This document shows positions 18,553-27,430 of a stretch of 64,000 nt of DNA, in pieces. The position numbers and the translations under genes were made by a program. Each line of letters opens with the position of its first letter. Position 1 is the stretch's first letter. The stretch is from positions 7,661 through 71,660 of the forward strand of contig CARNVA010000008.1 in NCBI GenBank assembly GCA_949031345.1, read 5' to 3'. The notes under the pieces were generated by a model that was not told the origin of the DNA, did no database searches, and was given only the letters and a program-made list of their open reading frames with translations. This DNA comes from an uncultured Eubacteriales bacterium (GTDB lineage Bacteria > Bacillota > Clostridia > Christensenellales > UBA1242).

Positions 18553-19074
18553 TTATTCAAGACCAGCTTCAGCATCATGCTCTTGAGCATACTTTCTTGT
18601 ATATTCTTTTTGGCGTTGAAGCTCTTTAAGTGCATATTTGATTGAATCTTTATTTGCTGTCAATGTTGTATAGCGAATAAGATTGTCAATTCCTGGCACA
18701 TCAATAGACTCTTGAAGCACTTTATCAAGCCCTTTAACCGCTCTGTCAAAATTAACTGCTGTTTCTTCCACCACCTCAAGCATTTTCTCATAGTCATTAT
18801 TGTCAATGATTTCTTCAAGTTTTGCCATTCTGCCTGTATGATTTTTTTCGACGTTTGCCTTAAAGGCATCAAAAAGTTTTAGGCAGTTTTGTGTAACTTC
18901 ATCATTTTCACCACTCGTGTCCATTCTAAACTCGCTGATTATGCTTTTGTATAGCCCCTGCATGCCAGCAAGGTCATTTATCATGTTTTGAAGCGTTTTG
19001 TCTACCTCTGCAGCGACCTCTTCCAAATTATATTCTTCGCCAAGAAATTTATAAACTTTTTCCATAGCATTCAC
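18553..19074 (-). CDS. helical hypothetical protein (173 aa)
   Basis: Long ORF with coding-like composition. No motif recognised. Confidence 0.6.
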   Translation of the reverse strand: MNAMEKVYKFLGEEYNLEEVAAEVDKTLQNMINDLAGMQGLYKSIISEFRMDTSGENDEVTQNCLKLFDAFKANVEKNHTGRMAKLEEIIDNNDYEKMLEVVEETAVNFDRAVKGLDKVLQESIDVPGIDNLIRYTTLTANKDSIKYALKELQRQKEYTRKYAQEHDAEAGLE

Positions 19075-19144
19075 CTCACTTATAATTTATCATATTTTGT
19101 CGATACTTGTGTGATATTTTTTCACAATAAAATATCACACAGGC

Positions 19145-19173
19145 TTGACAGTCCGCTTTTATATTATTATAAT
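19145..19173 (+). promoter_or_regulatory. perfect consensus promoter giving a leaderless or near-leaderless AraC mRNA
   Basis: TTGACA (19145-19150), a 17-nt spacer, then TATAAT (19168-19173). The ATG at 19181 is 7 nt after the -10 box and no RBS is present. Confidence 0.7.
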
Positions 19174-19180
19174 ATATTTT

Positions 19181-19888
19181 ATGATAAATATTTATAAACG
19201 GCTAAACAGTGCCATTGATTATATAGAGCAACACATATTTGAAGAGCCCGACATGAGAAAGATTTGCAGGCTCTTAGAGCTGAGTGGAAATCTTGCGTCC
19301 CCTCTTTTTGAGCTGCTCACTGGCTTTACCATAAAGGATTATATCAGAAAAAGACGGCTCAGCGAAGCTGCCCTTTTGCTTGCAAAGGACCGCGTGATTG
19401 ATGTGGCTGTTGCATGTGGATATGAGACTAGAGAGGGCTTTTCAAGAGCCTTTAAGGCCTTTCATGGAATTTCACCTTCAAAATGTCCTTCTGGCTTCAA
19501 TTATTTAAGCAAAATTCACTTTGATGAGCAGCTTTTATCTCATAGCCCTAGCCATCTTGAAATTATCACCCTTTCTTCGCGCAAACTTTATAGCCAATCT
19601 TGCACCTTCCCAGCAAAAACTTTTAATGAAGAGCTTTCATTTTTGCTGTCAAAACTAAAAATAAAAAATGAGGAAATTTTCATTTTTTCTCAAATCATTG
19701 AAGATGAAGCTCATTGCATAATCGCAAGCGAAGCCTGTTTTGAAGGCTTTAATAGCGAAAAAACTCTATGCGGCGGCAAATATATCATCAGCAAATCTCA
19801 ACAAGACAGCCTTCTTTCCTCAGCACAACCACAGACTATCCAATTGCGTAAAAATGGGGAAATTAAATATTTATATTTAATAGCTTAG
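19181..19888 (+). CDS. AraC-family transcriptional regulator with a C-terminal effector-type domain
   Basis: The HTH_18 region is LSEAALLLAKDRVIDVAVACGYETREGFSRAFKAFHGISPS. The track start at 19145 is actually the -35 box. Confidence 0.8.
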   Translation: MINIYKRLNSAIDYIEQHIFEEPDMRKICRLLELSGNLASPLFELLTGFTIKDYIRKRRLSEAALLLAKDRVIDVAVACGYETREGFSRAFKAFHGISPSKCPSGFNYLSKIHFDEQLLSHSPSHLEIITLSSRKLYSQSCTFPAKTFNEELSFLLSKLKIKNEEIFIFSQIIEDEAHCIIASEACFEGFNSEKTLCGGKYIISKSQQDSLLSSAQPQTIQLRKNGEIKYLYLIA

Positions 19889-19956
19889 TCTATTTCAATT
19901 TTTACTCTTGAAATTACAACCAATATATGTTACACTTTTTAAAGAGAGGTTTTTAA

Positions 19957-22101
19957 ATGAAACTTGAAGATATTTTAATTAAACAGACTGTTTCAAATCG
20001 AGGAATTATAACCAACGACTATGTCACGATTGACACCCATCAAAGCATTAAAGAATTAGGCCCAAATGAATCATATCGCTATATTACACCTTCCGATTTT
20101 GTTTTTGATAGTGGGTATGCAGAAGCAGCTCAGTTAAGCAACAACAGACATTGCAAAGTCTGGCTTATGCCAAACCAAAAACCCACTTTCAATTGCAGTA
20201 AAGGCGAATTTTCTAACACAACAAACTGCATAGAACAACATGGCGTACGCCCTAAAATAGATATTAAAATCGACGCTGTTCTTGAAGAATTTAGCCCGCT
20301 TGGCGTATATATATTGAATAAAATCAAAGGCGAAATTATATTTAATAATTTAGTTTATCCGCAAGAACAATGCTCAAGCTCTTTATGTGAACAACTTAAT
20401 AGAGCGAAAAAAGATAATCAAATAATTTTTACTGGAAGAAGTTTTCTTATAGATTCAGAATCAAAAGTAAATATTGCTGAAGTTTTATACAACAATGCTA
20501 GGTATGTTGAATTTGCAAATAAGTGGTATCATGTAAGTCCAATTGTATGGAAGATTGAAAATTGGAAGGATATGCCTTCTTCTTTAAATCCTATAAAAGA
20601 CCGATGGTGGAAGGAAGAAAATGCAGCAAAAGTTATGGAGCTGCGCTGCGTAAATGGGTTAATATTCCTGCCTTTCAACAACGAATATAACCTTATGCAT
20701 TCAGCCAATATTTATGAATGGCAAAATTCAAACGTCCGTGCATATTTAAACAGTCTCAACCTTCACAAAGATATTCAAGCTGGCAATGGCGACCCTACAA
20801 AACTTTGCACCAAGAATATAAACTTTGAGGGTAATGGATTTTTAGAGCAAATGTTTATTCAAGACAAAGTCCTGATCAGTGGGAAGAAAACAGAGAAGAA
20901 AATTTTAATAAACAAACAAATGAAAAAGCTTGCAGAAAAAGAAGATTCTCCTTATTCAGTAACCGTTGACAATACCCCGCTCACAGCGACCGAGCAAATG
21001 AAATTCTATCTTGAAACAGGCAAAAACTTTATGCTTCATGGCCCAAGCGGCGTGGGCAAATCTAGACGCGTCAAAGAGCTTGACCCAGACTGCGTCTGCC
21101 TGCAACTAAGAAATGGAATACTTCCAGAAGAAATTATTGGTAAGACTGGCTCTGAAGGAAAAGAAACTTTTTGGATTGAGCCAACTTGGTATACCCGCTT
21201 AAAAGAGCTTTGCGAAAACGACCCAAAGCACAACCATATTCTCTTTATTGACGAAATAACAAATGTAAGACCAAGCGAACAATCTTTGGTTTTCCATATT
21301 GTGCTTGAGCATTCTATCGATGGAAATATTGGCAAACTGCCAAAAAACTGCATAGTGGTCGCAGCTGGAAACAGCCCTGAAGAGAGTGAAGCTGCCTATA
21401 ATATGCCAGAGCCACTGTTCAGACGCTTTGCAGGGCATATATATCTTGACATTGATATTGAAAGTTTCATTGAATGGGGAAGTGAAAAACGAGCTGACGG
21501 ATTGACTAAAATTCACCCACTTGTTTCACTTTTTATTGCCGAAAAAGGAAAGAAGGTGTTCTATTCAAAATACGACCCTGAAAATCCGCCTAAATTCACC
21601 CTTGACCCTCGTGGCTGGGAGCAGGTTTCAAGCATAATCTATGCAAACAATAATACATTAAGCATCAAACTGCTTTCAGACAAGCTTGGGACAAAGGTGG
21701 CAAATGAGCTTATTTCTTTTGCCAAAAGAGCAAATTTCTTAACACTGAAAGATATTTTAAGTGGCAATTATATTGGAAAAATTCCTTTTTCAACAGAAGG
21801 CAAAGACTTTCTCGTCTGCAATCTGCGTTATACTGATAAAAAAGATGTAGGCTCAGTGCGTCAATTTATCAAAAAGCATCTTGGTCAAGACAGACTTGAA
21901 AAATTTGATAGACTTTGGATTGATGGCCAGCAAGACAAAAAAGATTATCTTGACAAACTTGATGCCGAGCAAGAAGAACAAAGACTTAGAGAAGAAGAGA
22001 GAAGGCTTAAAGAAGAAGAGCTTGAAAGAGAAAGAAGAGAAAAAGAAGAACAAGAGAAAATTAAAAATAAACAAAAAGAAGAGGATTTTTTAACCTTTTA
22101 G
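19957..22101 (+). CDS. DUF6273-like / MoxR-type AAA+ fusion, paralogue 2 (714 aa)
   Basis: AAA+ motifs are Walker A LHGPSGVGKS, LPEEIIGKT, Walker B LFIDEITN, sensor AAGN, MPEPLFRRF and DPRGWEQVS. The N-terminal module has GVRPKIDI, WYHVSPIVWKI and WQNSNVRAYLNSLN. The tail is E/K/R-rich coiled coil. Confidence 0.85.
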   Translation: MKLEDILIKQTVSNRGIITNDYVTIDTHQSIKELGPNESYRYITPSDFVFDSGYAEAAQLSNNRHCKVWLMPNQKPTFNCSKGEFSNTTNCIEQHGVRPKIDIKIDAVLEEFSPLGVYILNKIKGEIIFNNLVYPQEQCSSSLCEQLNRAKKDNQIIFTGRSFLIDSESKVNIAEVLYNNARYVEFANKWYHVSPIVWKIENWKDMPSSLNPIKDRWWKEENAAKVMELRCVNGLIFLPFNNEYNLMHSANIYEWQNSNVRAYLNSLNLHKDIQAGNGDPTKLCTKNINFEGNGFLEQMFIQDKVLISGKKTEKKILINKQMKKLAEKEDSPYSVTVDNTPLTATEQMKFYLETGKNFMLHGPSGVGKSRRVKELDPDCVCLQLRNGILPEEIIGKTGSEGKETFWIEPTWYTRLKELCENDPKHNHILFIDEITNVRPSEQSLVFHIVLEHSIDGNIGKLPKNCIVVAAGNSPEESEAAYNMPEPLFRRFAGHIYLDIDIESFIEWGSEKRADGLTKIHPLVSLFIAEKGKKVFYSKYDPENPPKFTLDPRGWEQVSSIIYANNNTLSIKLLSDKLGTKVANELISFAKRANFLTLKDILSGNYIGKIPFSTEGKDFLVCNLRYTDKKDVGSVRQFIKKHLGQDRLEKFDRLWIDGQQDKKDYLDKLDAEQEEQRLREEERRLKEEELERERREKEEQEKIKNKQKEEDFLTF

Positions 22102-22124
22102 AAGACACTTTTTCAACGGACTAT

Positions 22125-22430
22125 TTGAAAAAAGTCCAAAAAATAATCGACAAATACAAAAATGCCCCAAATCTGCCTGAAAAATTTATATTTGATTTTC
22201 TGGATACAGCAGAATCCACTGTTTTAACAAATGACCAACTTAGCAGATTTGTCATGTTATTTGATTTCATTTCACATTATAAAAATAGGATTTCTGACGA
22301 ACAATTTACGACTATACTCGATGCTTTCAATGACACAAGCTTGTCATCTAAAGAATTTTATGATTATTTAAGAAACATCATATTTAAAATTCACCGTAAA
22401 GGAGACGACTGCAACGAAATGGAGATGTAG
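22125..22430 (+). CDS. hypothetical protein (101 aa) between the two AAA+ paralogues
   Basis: TTG start with helical composition. No motif recognised. Confidence 0.5.
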   Translation: MKKVQKIIDKYKNAPNLPEKFIFDFLDTAESTVLTNDQLSRFVMLFDFISHYKNRISDEQFTTILDAFNDTSLSSKEFYDYLRNIIFKIHRKGDDCNEMEM

Positions 22431-22496
22431 TACACAATCTGTTTTCATTTAATATTCAAATTTCACAAAAAAAATATAACAGGAGATAAAAAAGTC

Positions 22497-24575
22497 ATGG
22501 ATTTAAAAACCGAGCTTTACAACTTAATAATTAAAAATGACTTTGACGACTATTTTTCTATTCCCAAAATAGCTTCTTTAAAGGCTGTTTCCGCAAAAGA
22601 GAGAAAATTGGTCCTTTCTGACTATGCACAAGCTTGTGGAGGGTTTGTCGACAATTTCAATCCTGGTCGATACACCATTTATGTTTTTAATGAAGGGCGC
22701 AGCTTTTATGCCTCACATATTGTTCCAATAGTTTGTTCAAACGGTAAATTTAATTATAATGAAGTTACTTCAAAAGATGCATGCATTGCGCCAAGAATGA
22801 TTTTAGACATTGACAAACTGAAAAACTCAAGGCTTGGCGAGGAATATAAGATTGACCCAATTGAAAAGACAATTTCTTTTTCAAAACTCACCTTTCCACA
22901 GCGTATATCACCAAATAGTGACCAACTTGAAATGCAATTTAAGAAAAATCCAGCTTCTTTTAAGACAAGCGGAAAAACTTTCAGCGGCAAGTTTATCAAC
23001 GCCCACTCTTTCGACTGCCTTGAGCACAACAACGAATATCTGATTGAGGGCAAACTTTATGCCAGAGTGAAAGTTTTAAACAACCAATCTGTAATAAACA
23101 CTCAACCCTTCTCAGACGGCAAAGTTTATGAGAATGGCAGATACATTTGGTGCATGGTCGAGCCTATCGTGTGGAAGATAGACAATTTTGGCGACATTGC
23201 AACGCTTATTGACGAAAATTCAATTATGCTTCAAAAGACAAGCCATAGAATGTATTTACATGCCCGAGATGGCATAATCAGCGGCATGCCATTTTATCCT
23301 GCTTATGAGAAAATCAACAATTACTGTGAGCTTTATCAAAACTCGCTTATACGGGCATATCTCAACAGCTTAAACACCTATGCTAACATTGAGAAAAACC
23401 CAGAAAAATTTAAACTCAAAGCCCCTCAAAATTTTAATTTTGTAGACAACGGCTTTATTGATGAAATAATTGCCAGCGACATAGAAAATCTTAAGGAAGA
23501 CTATGTCAATGGAGAATACAACCTCGTTTTTGACAATACTCCACTTTCCGTAAAAGAGCAAATGCGGTTTTATCTTAATACTGGCAAAAGTTTCATGCTT
23601 CACGGCCCAAGCGGTGTGGGCAAAACAAGGCGAGTGCAAGAGCTTGACCCAGACTGCGTCTGCATCCAGCTTCGTGACGGAATGCTTCCAGAAGAGATTA
23701 TTGGCAAGACCTCTTTTGATGGCAATGCTACAGGCTGGATAGAACCAACTTGGTATACAAGGCTTAAATTCCTCTGCAACAAAGAGCCAGAAAAAAAGCA
23801 TATTCTATTCATTGACGAGCTTACAAATGTTCATGAAAACGAACAATCTCTAGTCTATCATATTGTGCTTGAGCATTCCATTGACGGAAATCTTGGTGCT
23901 CTGCCTAAAAACTGCGTGGTAGTTGCGGCAGGAAACAATCCTGATGAAAGTGAAGCTGCCTACAACATGCCAGAGCCACTCTTTCGCCGATTTGAAGGGC
24001 ATATCTATCTTCAGCCAAACCTTTCAAGCTTTCTTGAATGGGGAAGCGGTTTGGACGAAAATGGAAATCCAAAAATTCATCCGCTTATTGCTGAGTTTTT
24101 AGCAAGCAACAAGGGAAATGCCTTCTATTCAAAATATGATTCAATCTCTCCACCAAAGTTTGCAATTGACCCTCGCGGCTGGGAGCAAGTTTCAAAGATC
24201 ATCTATGACAACAAAGGTGTTTTGCGGTTTGAGCTTTTGGCAAGCAAGCTTGGTGAGGATATTGCCAGCGACCTTATGGCATTTGCAAAGCTTCCAAAAA
24301 TTTCCATTTCAGATATTATGAACGACAAAATAAAAACCTCAATTATTCCTCCCGACAAAGACTCTAAGTTTGCCCTCACCTGCGCGTTGCGCTCTGCAAA
24401 CGAGAAGCAAGTGGAAAAAGTGCGCCAGTTTATAAAAATTTATCTTGGCGAAGAAAACCTTGCCTTCTTTGACTCTATGTGGTGCGAAGATAATGAAGAA
24501 CGGGCAATTTTGATTGGACAAATTGACTCACAATACCACCTTGAAGCTTTAAGCAATCCAAAAGAGGACTTATGA
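22497..24575 (+). CDS. DUF6273-like / MoxR-type AAA+ fusion, paralogue 3 (692 aa)
   Basis: Same AAA+ motif set (LHGPSGVGKT, LFIDELTN, AAGN, MPEPLFRRF, DPRGWEQVS). The N-terminal module has SDYAQACGG, TFPQ, WCMVEPIVWKI and YQNSLIRAYLNSLN. Confidence 0.85.
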   Translation: MDLKTELYNLIIKNDFDDYFSIPKIASLKAVSAKERKLVLSDYAQACGGFVDNFNPGRYTIYVFNEGRSFYASHIVPIVCSNGKFNYNEVTSKDACIAPRMILDIDKLKNSRLGEEYKIDPIEKTISFSKLTFPQRISPNSDQLEMQFKKNPASFKTSGKTFSGKFINAHSFDCLEHNNEYLIEGKLYARVKVLNNQSVINTQPFSDGKVYENGRYIWCMVEPIVWKIDNFGDIATLIDENSIMLQKTSHRMYLHARDGIISGMPFYPAYEKINNYCELYQNSLIRAYLNSLNTYANIEKNPEKFKLKAPQNFNFVDNGFIDEIIASDIENLKEDYVNGEYNLVFDNTPLSVKEQMRFYLNTGKSFMLHGPSGVGKTRRVQELDPDCVCIQLRDGMLPEEIIGKTSFDGNATGWIEPTWYTRLKFLCNKEPEKKHILFIDELTNVHENEQSLVYHIVLEHSIDGNLGALPKNCVVVAAGNNPDESEAAYNMPEPLFRRFEGHIYLQPNLSSFLEWGSGLDENGNPKIHPLIAEFLASNKGNAFYSKYDSISPPKFAIDPRGWEQVSKIIYDNKGVLRFELLASKLGEDIASDLMAFAKLPKISISDIMNDKIKTSIIPPDKDSKFALTCALRSANEKQVEKVRQFIKIYLGEENLAFFDSMWCEDNEERAILIGQIDSQYHLEALSNPKEDL

Positions 24576-25408
24576 TTGTAAATGAAATAAAAGTCAAGGA
24601 CTACTTGACAAAATCAAAACTTGACGATTACACAATAAACCCATATGTTGGTTGCTCTCACGCCTGCAAATATTGTTATGCCTGTTTTATGAAACGCTTC
24701 ACCGCTCACAAAGATAAATGGGGCGAATTTGTTGATGTAAAGCTTTGCGATAAGCCAATTGATATAAAGAAACTAGCTGGCAAGACCCTCTTTCTTTCAA
24801 GTGTAACAGATTGTTATAACCATCTTGAAAGCAAATATGAAGTGACCAGAAAGATTTTAACGCAGCTTATTGCCGCCGACGCAAAAATTCAAATTTCAAC
24901 CAAAAACAAACTTATCCTGCGCGACCTTGACATATTGAAACAACTTAAAAATGTCACAGTTGCCCTTTCAGTAAACACCCTCGACGAAACTTTCAGAAAG
25001 GATATGGACAGAGCAAGCACCATTGACGAGCGTCTTTTCACCTTAAAGACTCTTCATGAAAATGGCATAAAAACTGTGCTTTTCATGTCTCCAATTTTTA
25101 TGGGACTTACAGATTATAAGGGAATAATCGAGCGAACAAAGACTTTCATTGATGAATATTGGTTTGAAGACCTAAATCTCAGAGGCGAATATAAGTATGA
25201 AATTCTTGACTACATAAAAACAAAACATCCTCAGCTTTTTCCCTATTATCAAAGTGTTTATGTCGAAGGCAACAGGCGTTATCTTGAAATATTAAACAGA
25301 AAAATTGTCAAGTGCGCCCAAGCAAATGGTGTAAAATATCAAGATTACTTTCACCATACTGATGTAATCAAGCGTGAAATGCTGAAATCGAAAAACTTAA
25401 ATCAATAG
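24572..25408 (+). CDS. radical SAM protein, SplB-like (COG1533-type 'DNA repair photolyase' family)
   Basis: Cluster motif is NPYVGCSHACKYCYACF. The ATG overlaps the upstream TGA (ATGA). Confidence 0.8.
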   Translation: MIVNEIKVKDYLTKSKLDDYTINPYVGCSHACKYCYACFMKRFTAHKDKWGEFVDVKLCDKPIDIKKLAGKTLFLSSVTDCYNHLESKYEVTRKILTQLIAADAKIQISTKNKLILRDLDILKQLKNVTVALSVNTLDETFRKDMDRASTIDERLFTLKTLHENGIKTVLFMSPIFMGLTDYKGIIERTKTFIDEYWFEDLNLRGEYKYEILDYIKTKHPQLFPYYQSVYVEGNRRYLEILNRKIVKCAQANGVKYQDYFHHTDVIKREMLKSKNLNQ

Positions 25409-25410
25409 TC

Positions 25411-25433
25411 GGGGCAAAAAGCCCCTCTTTTTT
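25411..25433 (+). terminator. rho-independent terminator of the AAA+/radical-SAM operon
   Basis: GGGGC-AAAAA-GCCCC followed by TCTTTTTT. Confidence 0.75.
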
Positions 25434-25758
25434 ATCTCCAATTTGACTTAAAACCTTTTTCCAATTATAAACGCTTATATCAGCAAACTTTAATTTATAA
25501 AAAACTTTTGATAAATAAGAAAATATTATTTAAATTATTTAAAATTAAATAAAAAAAATAAATAGTAAAAATAATATAAAAAAAACATTAAATATTTAAA
25601 ATAAAGAAAAAAGATGGAAATAAAACAAAATAAATAGAGAAAAATTATTTTTTTGCATTTTTCTCTATTTTTTTTATAATTAAAATTGCTTTTTATTTAT
25701 TTAATTATTTATTTAAAAAATGTCTTATTTTTAATTATTTTTATTTAATTTATTTATT

Positions 25759-26343
25759 TTAATTATATTTATTTTTCAAGAATTTGTCTTCATCCATCAT
25801 CATATCAAAAAACTTGATAAGCTCTTCTTTTTTATATTCATTATTTTGAAGCCAATCCAAAACAATGAAAGCGAGACCGCCCATATAGAAATCAATGATA
25901 ATGTCAAGAGGGACAATATAATCTTGACTGTAATGATTTTTGCTGATGAAATATCTCACACTTCTTCGCATAGTGGTGGCAATAAGCATAATCAGTCTGT
26001 CTGAATTGTTGTTGATAATCAGCTTAAATCTTTTTCTGTTTGCTTCAATAAAATCAAAGACCCTTGTGATGATGCTGAGATACATTTCTTTTGAAGTTGA
26101 AAAGTTTCCCTTCTCAATTGTGCTTAAAAGCATCTCCTCTTCAATCTCATCAAGAGCATAATTAAAAAGGTCATTTTTATCTCCAAAATGATTGTAAAAA
26201 GTCGCCCTATGCACCATTGCCCTTTCGCACAAATCATTGACGCTTATCTTTTCAAAAGCACGCTCTTGCATGAGATCCATAAGTGCCTCAATCAAAAGCT
26301 TCTTTGTCCTTCTCACTCTCAAATCTTCTTCATTATCCTGCAT
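25759..26343 (-). CDS. TetR-family transcriptional regulator
   Basis: The N-terminal HTH is RRTKKLLIEALMDLMQERAFEKISVNDLCERAMVHRATFYNHF. It is divergent from the ABC operon. Confidence 0.85.
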   Translation of the reverse strand: MQDNEEDLRVRRTKKLLIEALMDLMQERAFEKISVNDLCERAMVHRATFYNHFGDKNDLFNYALDEIEEEMLLSTIEKGNFSTSKEMYLSIITRVFDFIEANRKRFKLIINNNSDRLIMLIATTMRRSVRYFISKNHYSQDYIVPLDIIIDFYMGGLAFIVLDWLQNNEYKKEELIKFFDMMMDEDKFLKNKYN

Positions 26344-26509
26344 AACCCCTCCTCAATAATAGACACATTTATCAAAACTGTAAACTATTTTACAAATCTG
26401 AAAATCCGTATAAAAATCTTTGTTGAATTTTTAAAAATTCTATCATAAAATTATACTGATGTCAAAAATATATACAGTTGTCTAATTAAGTATTTACAAA
26501 GGAGGGCTT

Positions 26510-27430
26510 ATGAAAAAGATAATCGTTGAAAATCTCACCAAAGATTATGGACACGGCCGAGGCGTTTTTGATGTCTCATTCGAAATTGGCAAAGGCGAAG
26601 TGTTTGGTTTTCTTGGCCCAAATGGAGCTGGCAAAAGCACCACCATTCGTCATTTAATGGGTTTCAGCAAGCCTGACAATGGAAGCACCAAGATACTTGG
26701 CCATGAAAGTTTTAATGGCTATGCAAAATTTATGGACAAAGTAGGTTATCTTCCTGGTGAGATCGCCCTGCCTAGCGGGCTTACTGGCTGGCAATTCATA
26801 GACATGATGAAAAAGCTTAAAGGCAATATAGACGAGGCTTGGCTTAAACATCTTATTGAATATTTTCAGCTTGACCCAAGTGGAGACACAAAAAGGATGA
26901 GTCTTGGCATTAAACGAAAGCTTGCCGTTGTCACAGCTTTTATGAATGACCCTGATATACTTATTCTTGACGAGCCAACAAGCGGGCTTGACCTTGAAAT
27001 GCAAGAAAAGTTTATAAAATTCATCAAGGAAGAAAAGGCTCGAGGCAAGACAATCCTTCTTTCCAGCCATATATTCAGCGAGGTTGATGCCACCTGTGAC
27101 CGCATTGCCATCATAAAAGATGGAAAAGTGGTATCTGAATTTAAGGCCAGCGACCTTAAACACAACAACAATAAAATATATAAAATAAGTTTCACCTCCC
27201 CTTCCGACAAAGAAAGTTTTTTAAGCGTAGTTTGTGCCAGTGAAACCATGGTGCTGCTTGACCAAACGGAAGAAACACTCACATTAAGCATCAACGACAC
27301 ACATATCAACGAGCTTATCAAAAAACTTGCAAGTTTCAACATGATTGACTTTAGACATTTGAAAGAAAGCCTTGAAGACTACTTCATGAAATTCTATAAA
27401 GAAGACAAGGATTTTGGAGGTGCATTATGA
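26510..27430 (+). CDS. ABC transporter ATP-binding protein
   Basis: Walker A GPNGAGKST, signature region MSLGIKRKL, Walker B ILILDEPTSGLD. Confidence 0.9.
   Translation: MKKIIVENLTKDYGHGRGVFDVSFEIGKGEVFGFLGPNGAGKSTTIRHLMGFSKPDNGSTKILGHESFNGYAKFMDKVGYLPGEIALPSGLTGWQFIDMMKKLKGNIDEAWLKHLIEYFQLDPSGDTKRMSLGIKRKLAVVTAFMNDPDILILDEPTSGLDLEMQEKFIKFIKEEKARGKTILLSSHIFSEVDATCDRIAIIKDGKVVSEFKASDLKHNNNKIYKISFTSPSDKESFLSVVCASETMVLLDQTEETLTLSINDTHINELIKKLASFNMIDFRHLKESLEDYFMKFYKEDKDFGGAL

Noticed and set aside
19145-19180. The TTG start at 19145 for the AraC-family gene.
   Set aside because: The TTG is part of a perfect TTGACA -35 hexamer. The encoded extension (MTVRFYIIIIYF) is AT-rich promoter sequence.
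25437-25758. An extremely AT-rich 320-bp spacer with many short reiterations (TTATTTAAA, AAATAAA), considered as a possible CRISPR array or tandem-repeat locus.
   Set aside because: It has no fixed-length repeat/spacer periodicity, only low-complexity A/T runs between two convergent genes plus one terminator-like hairpin (about 25633-25673). The spacer at 35234..35555 was treated the same way.
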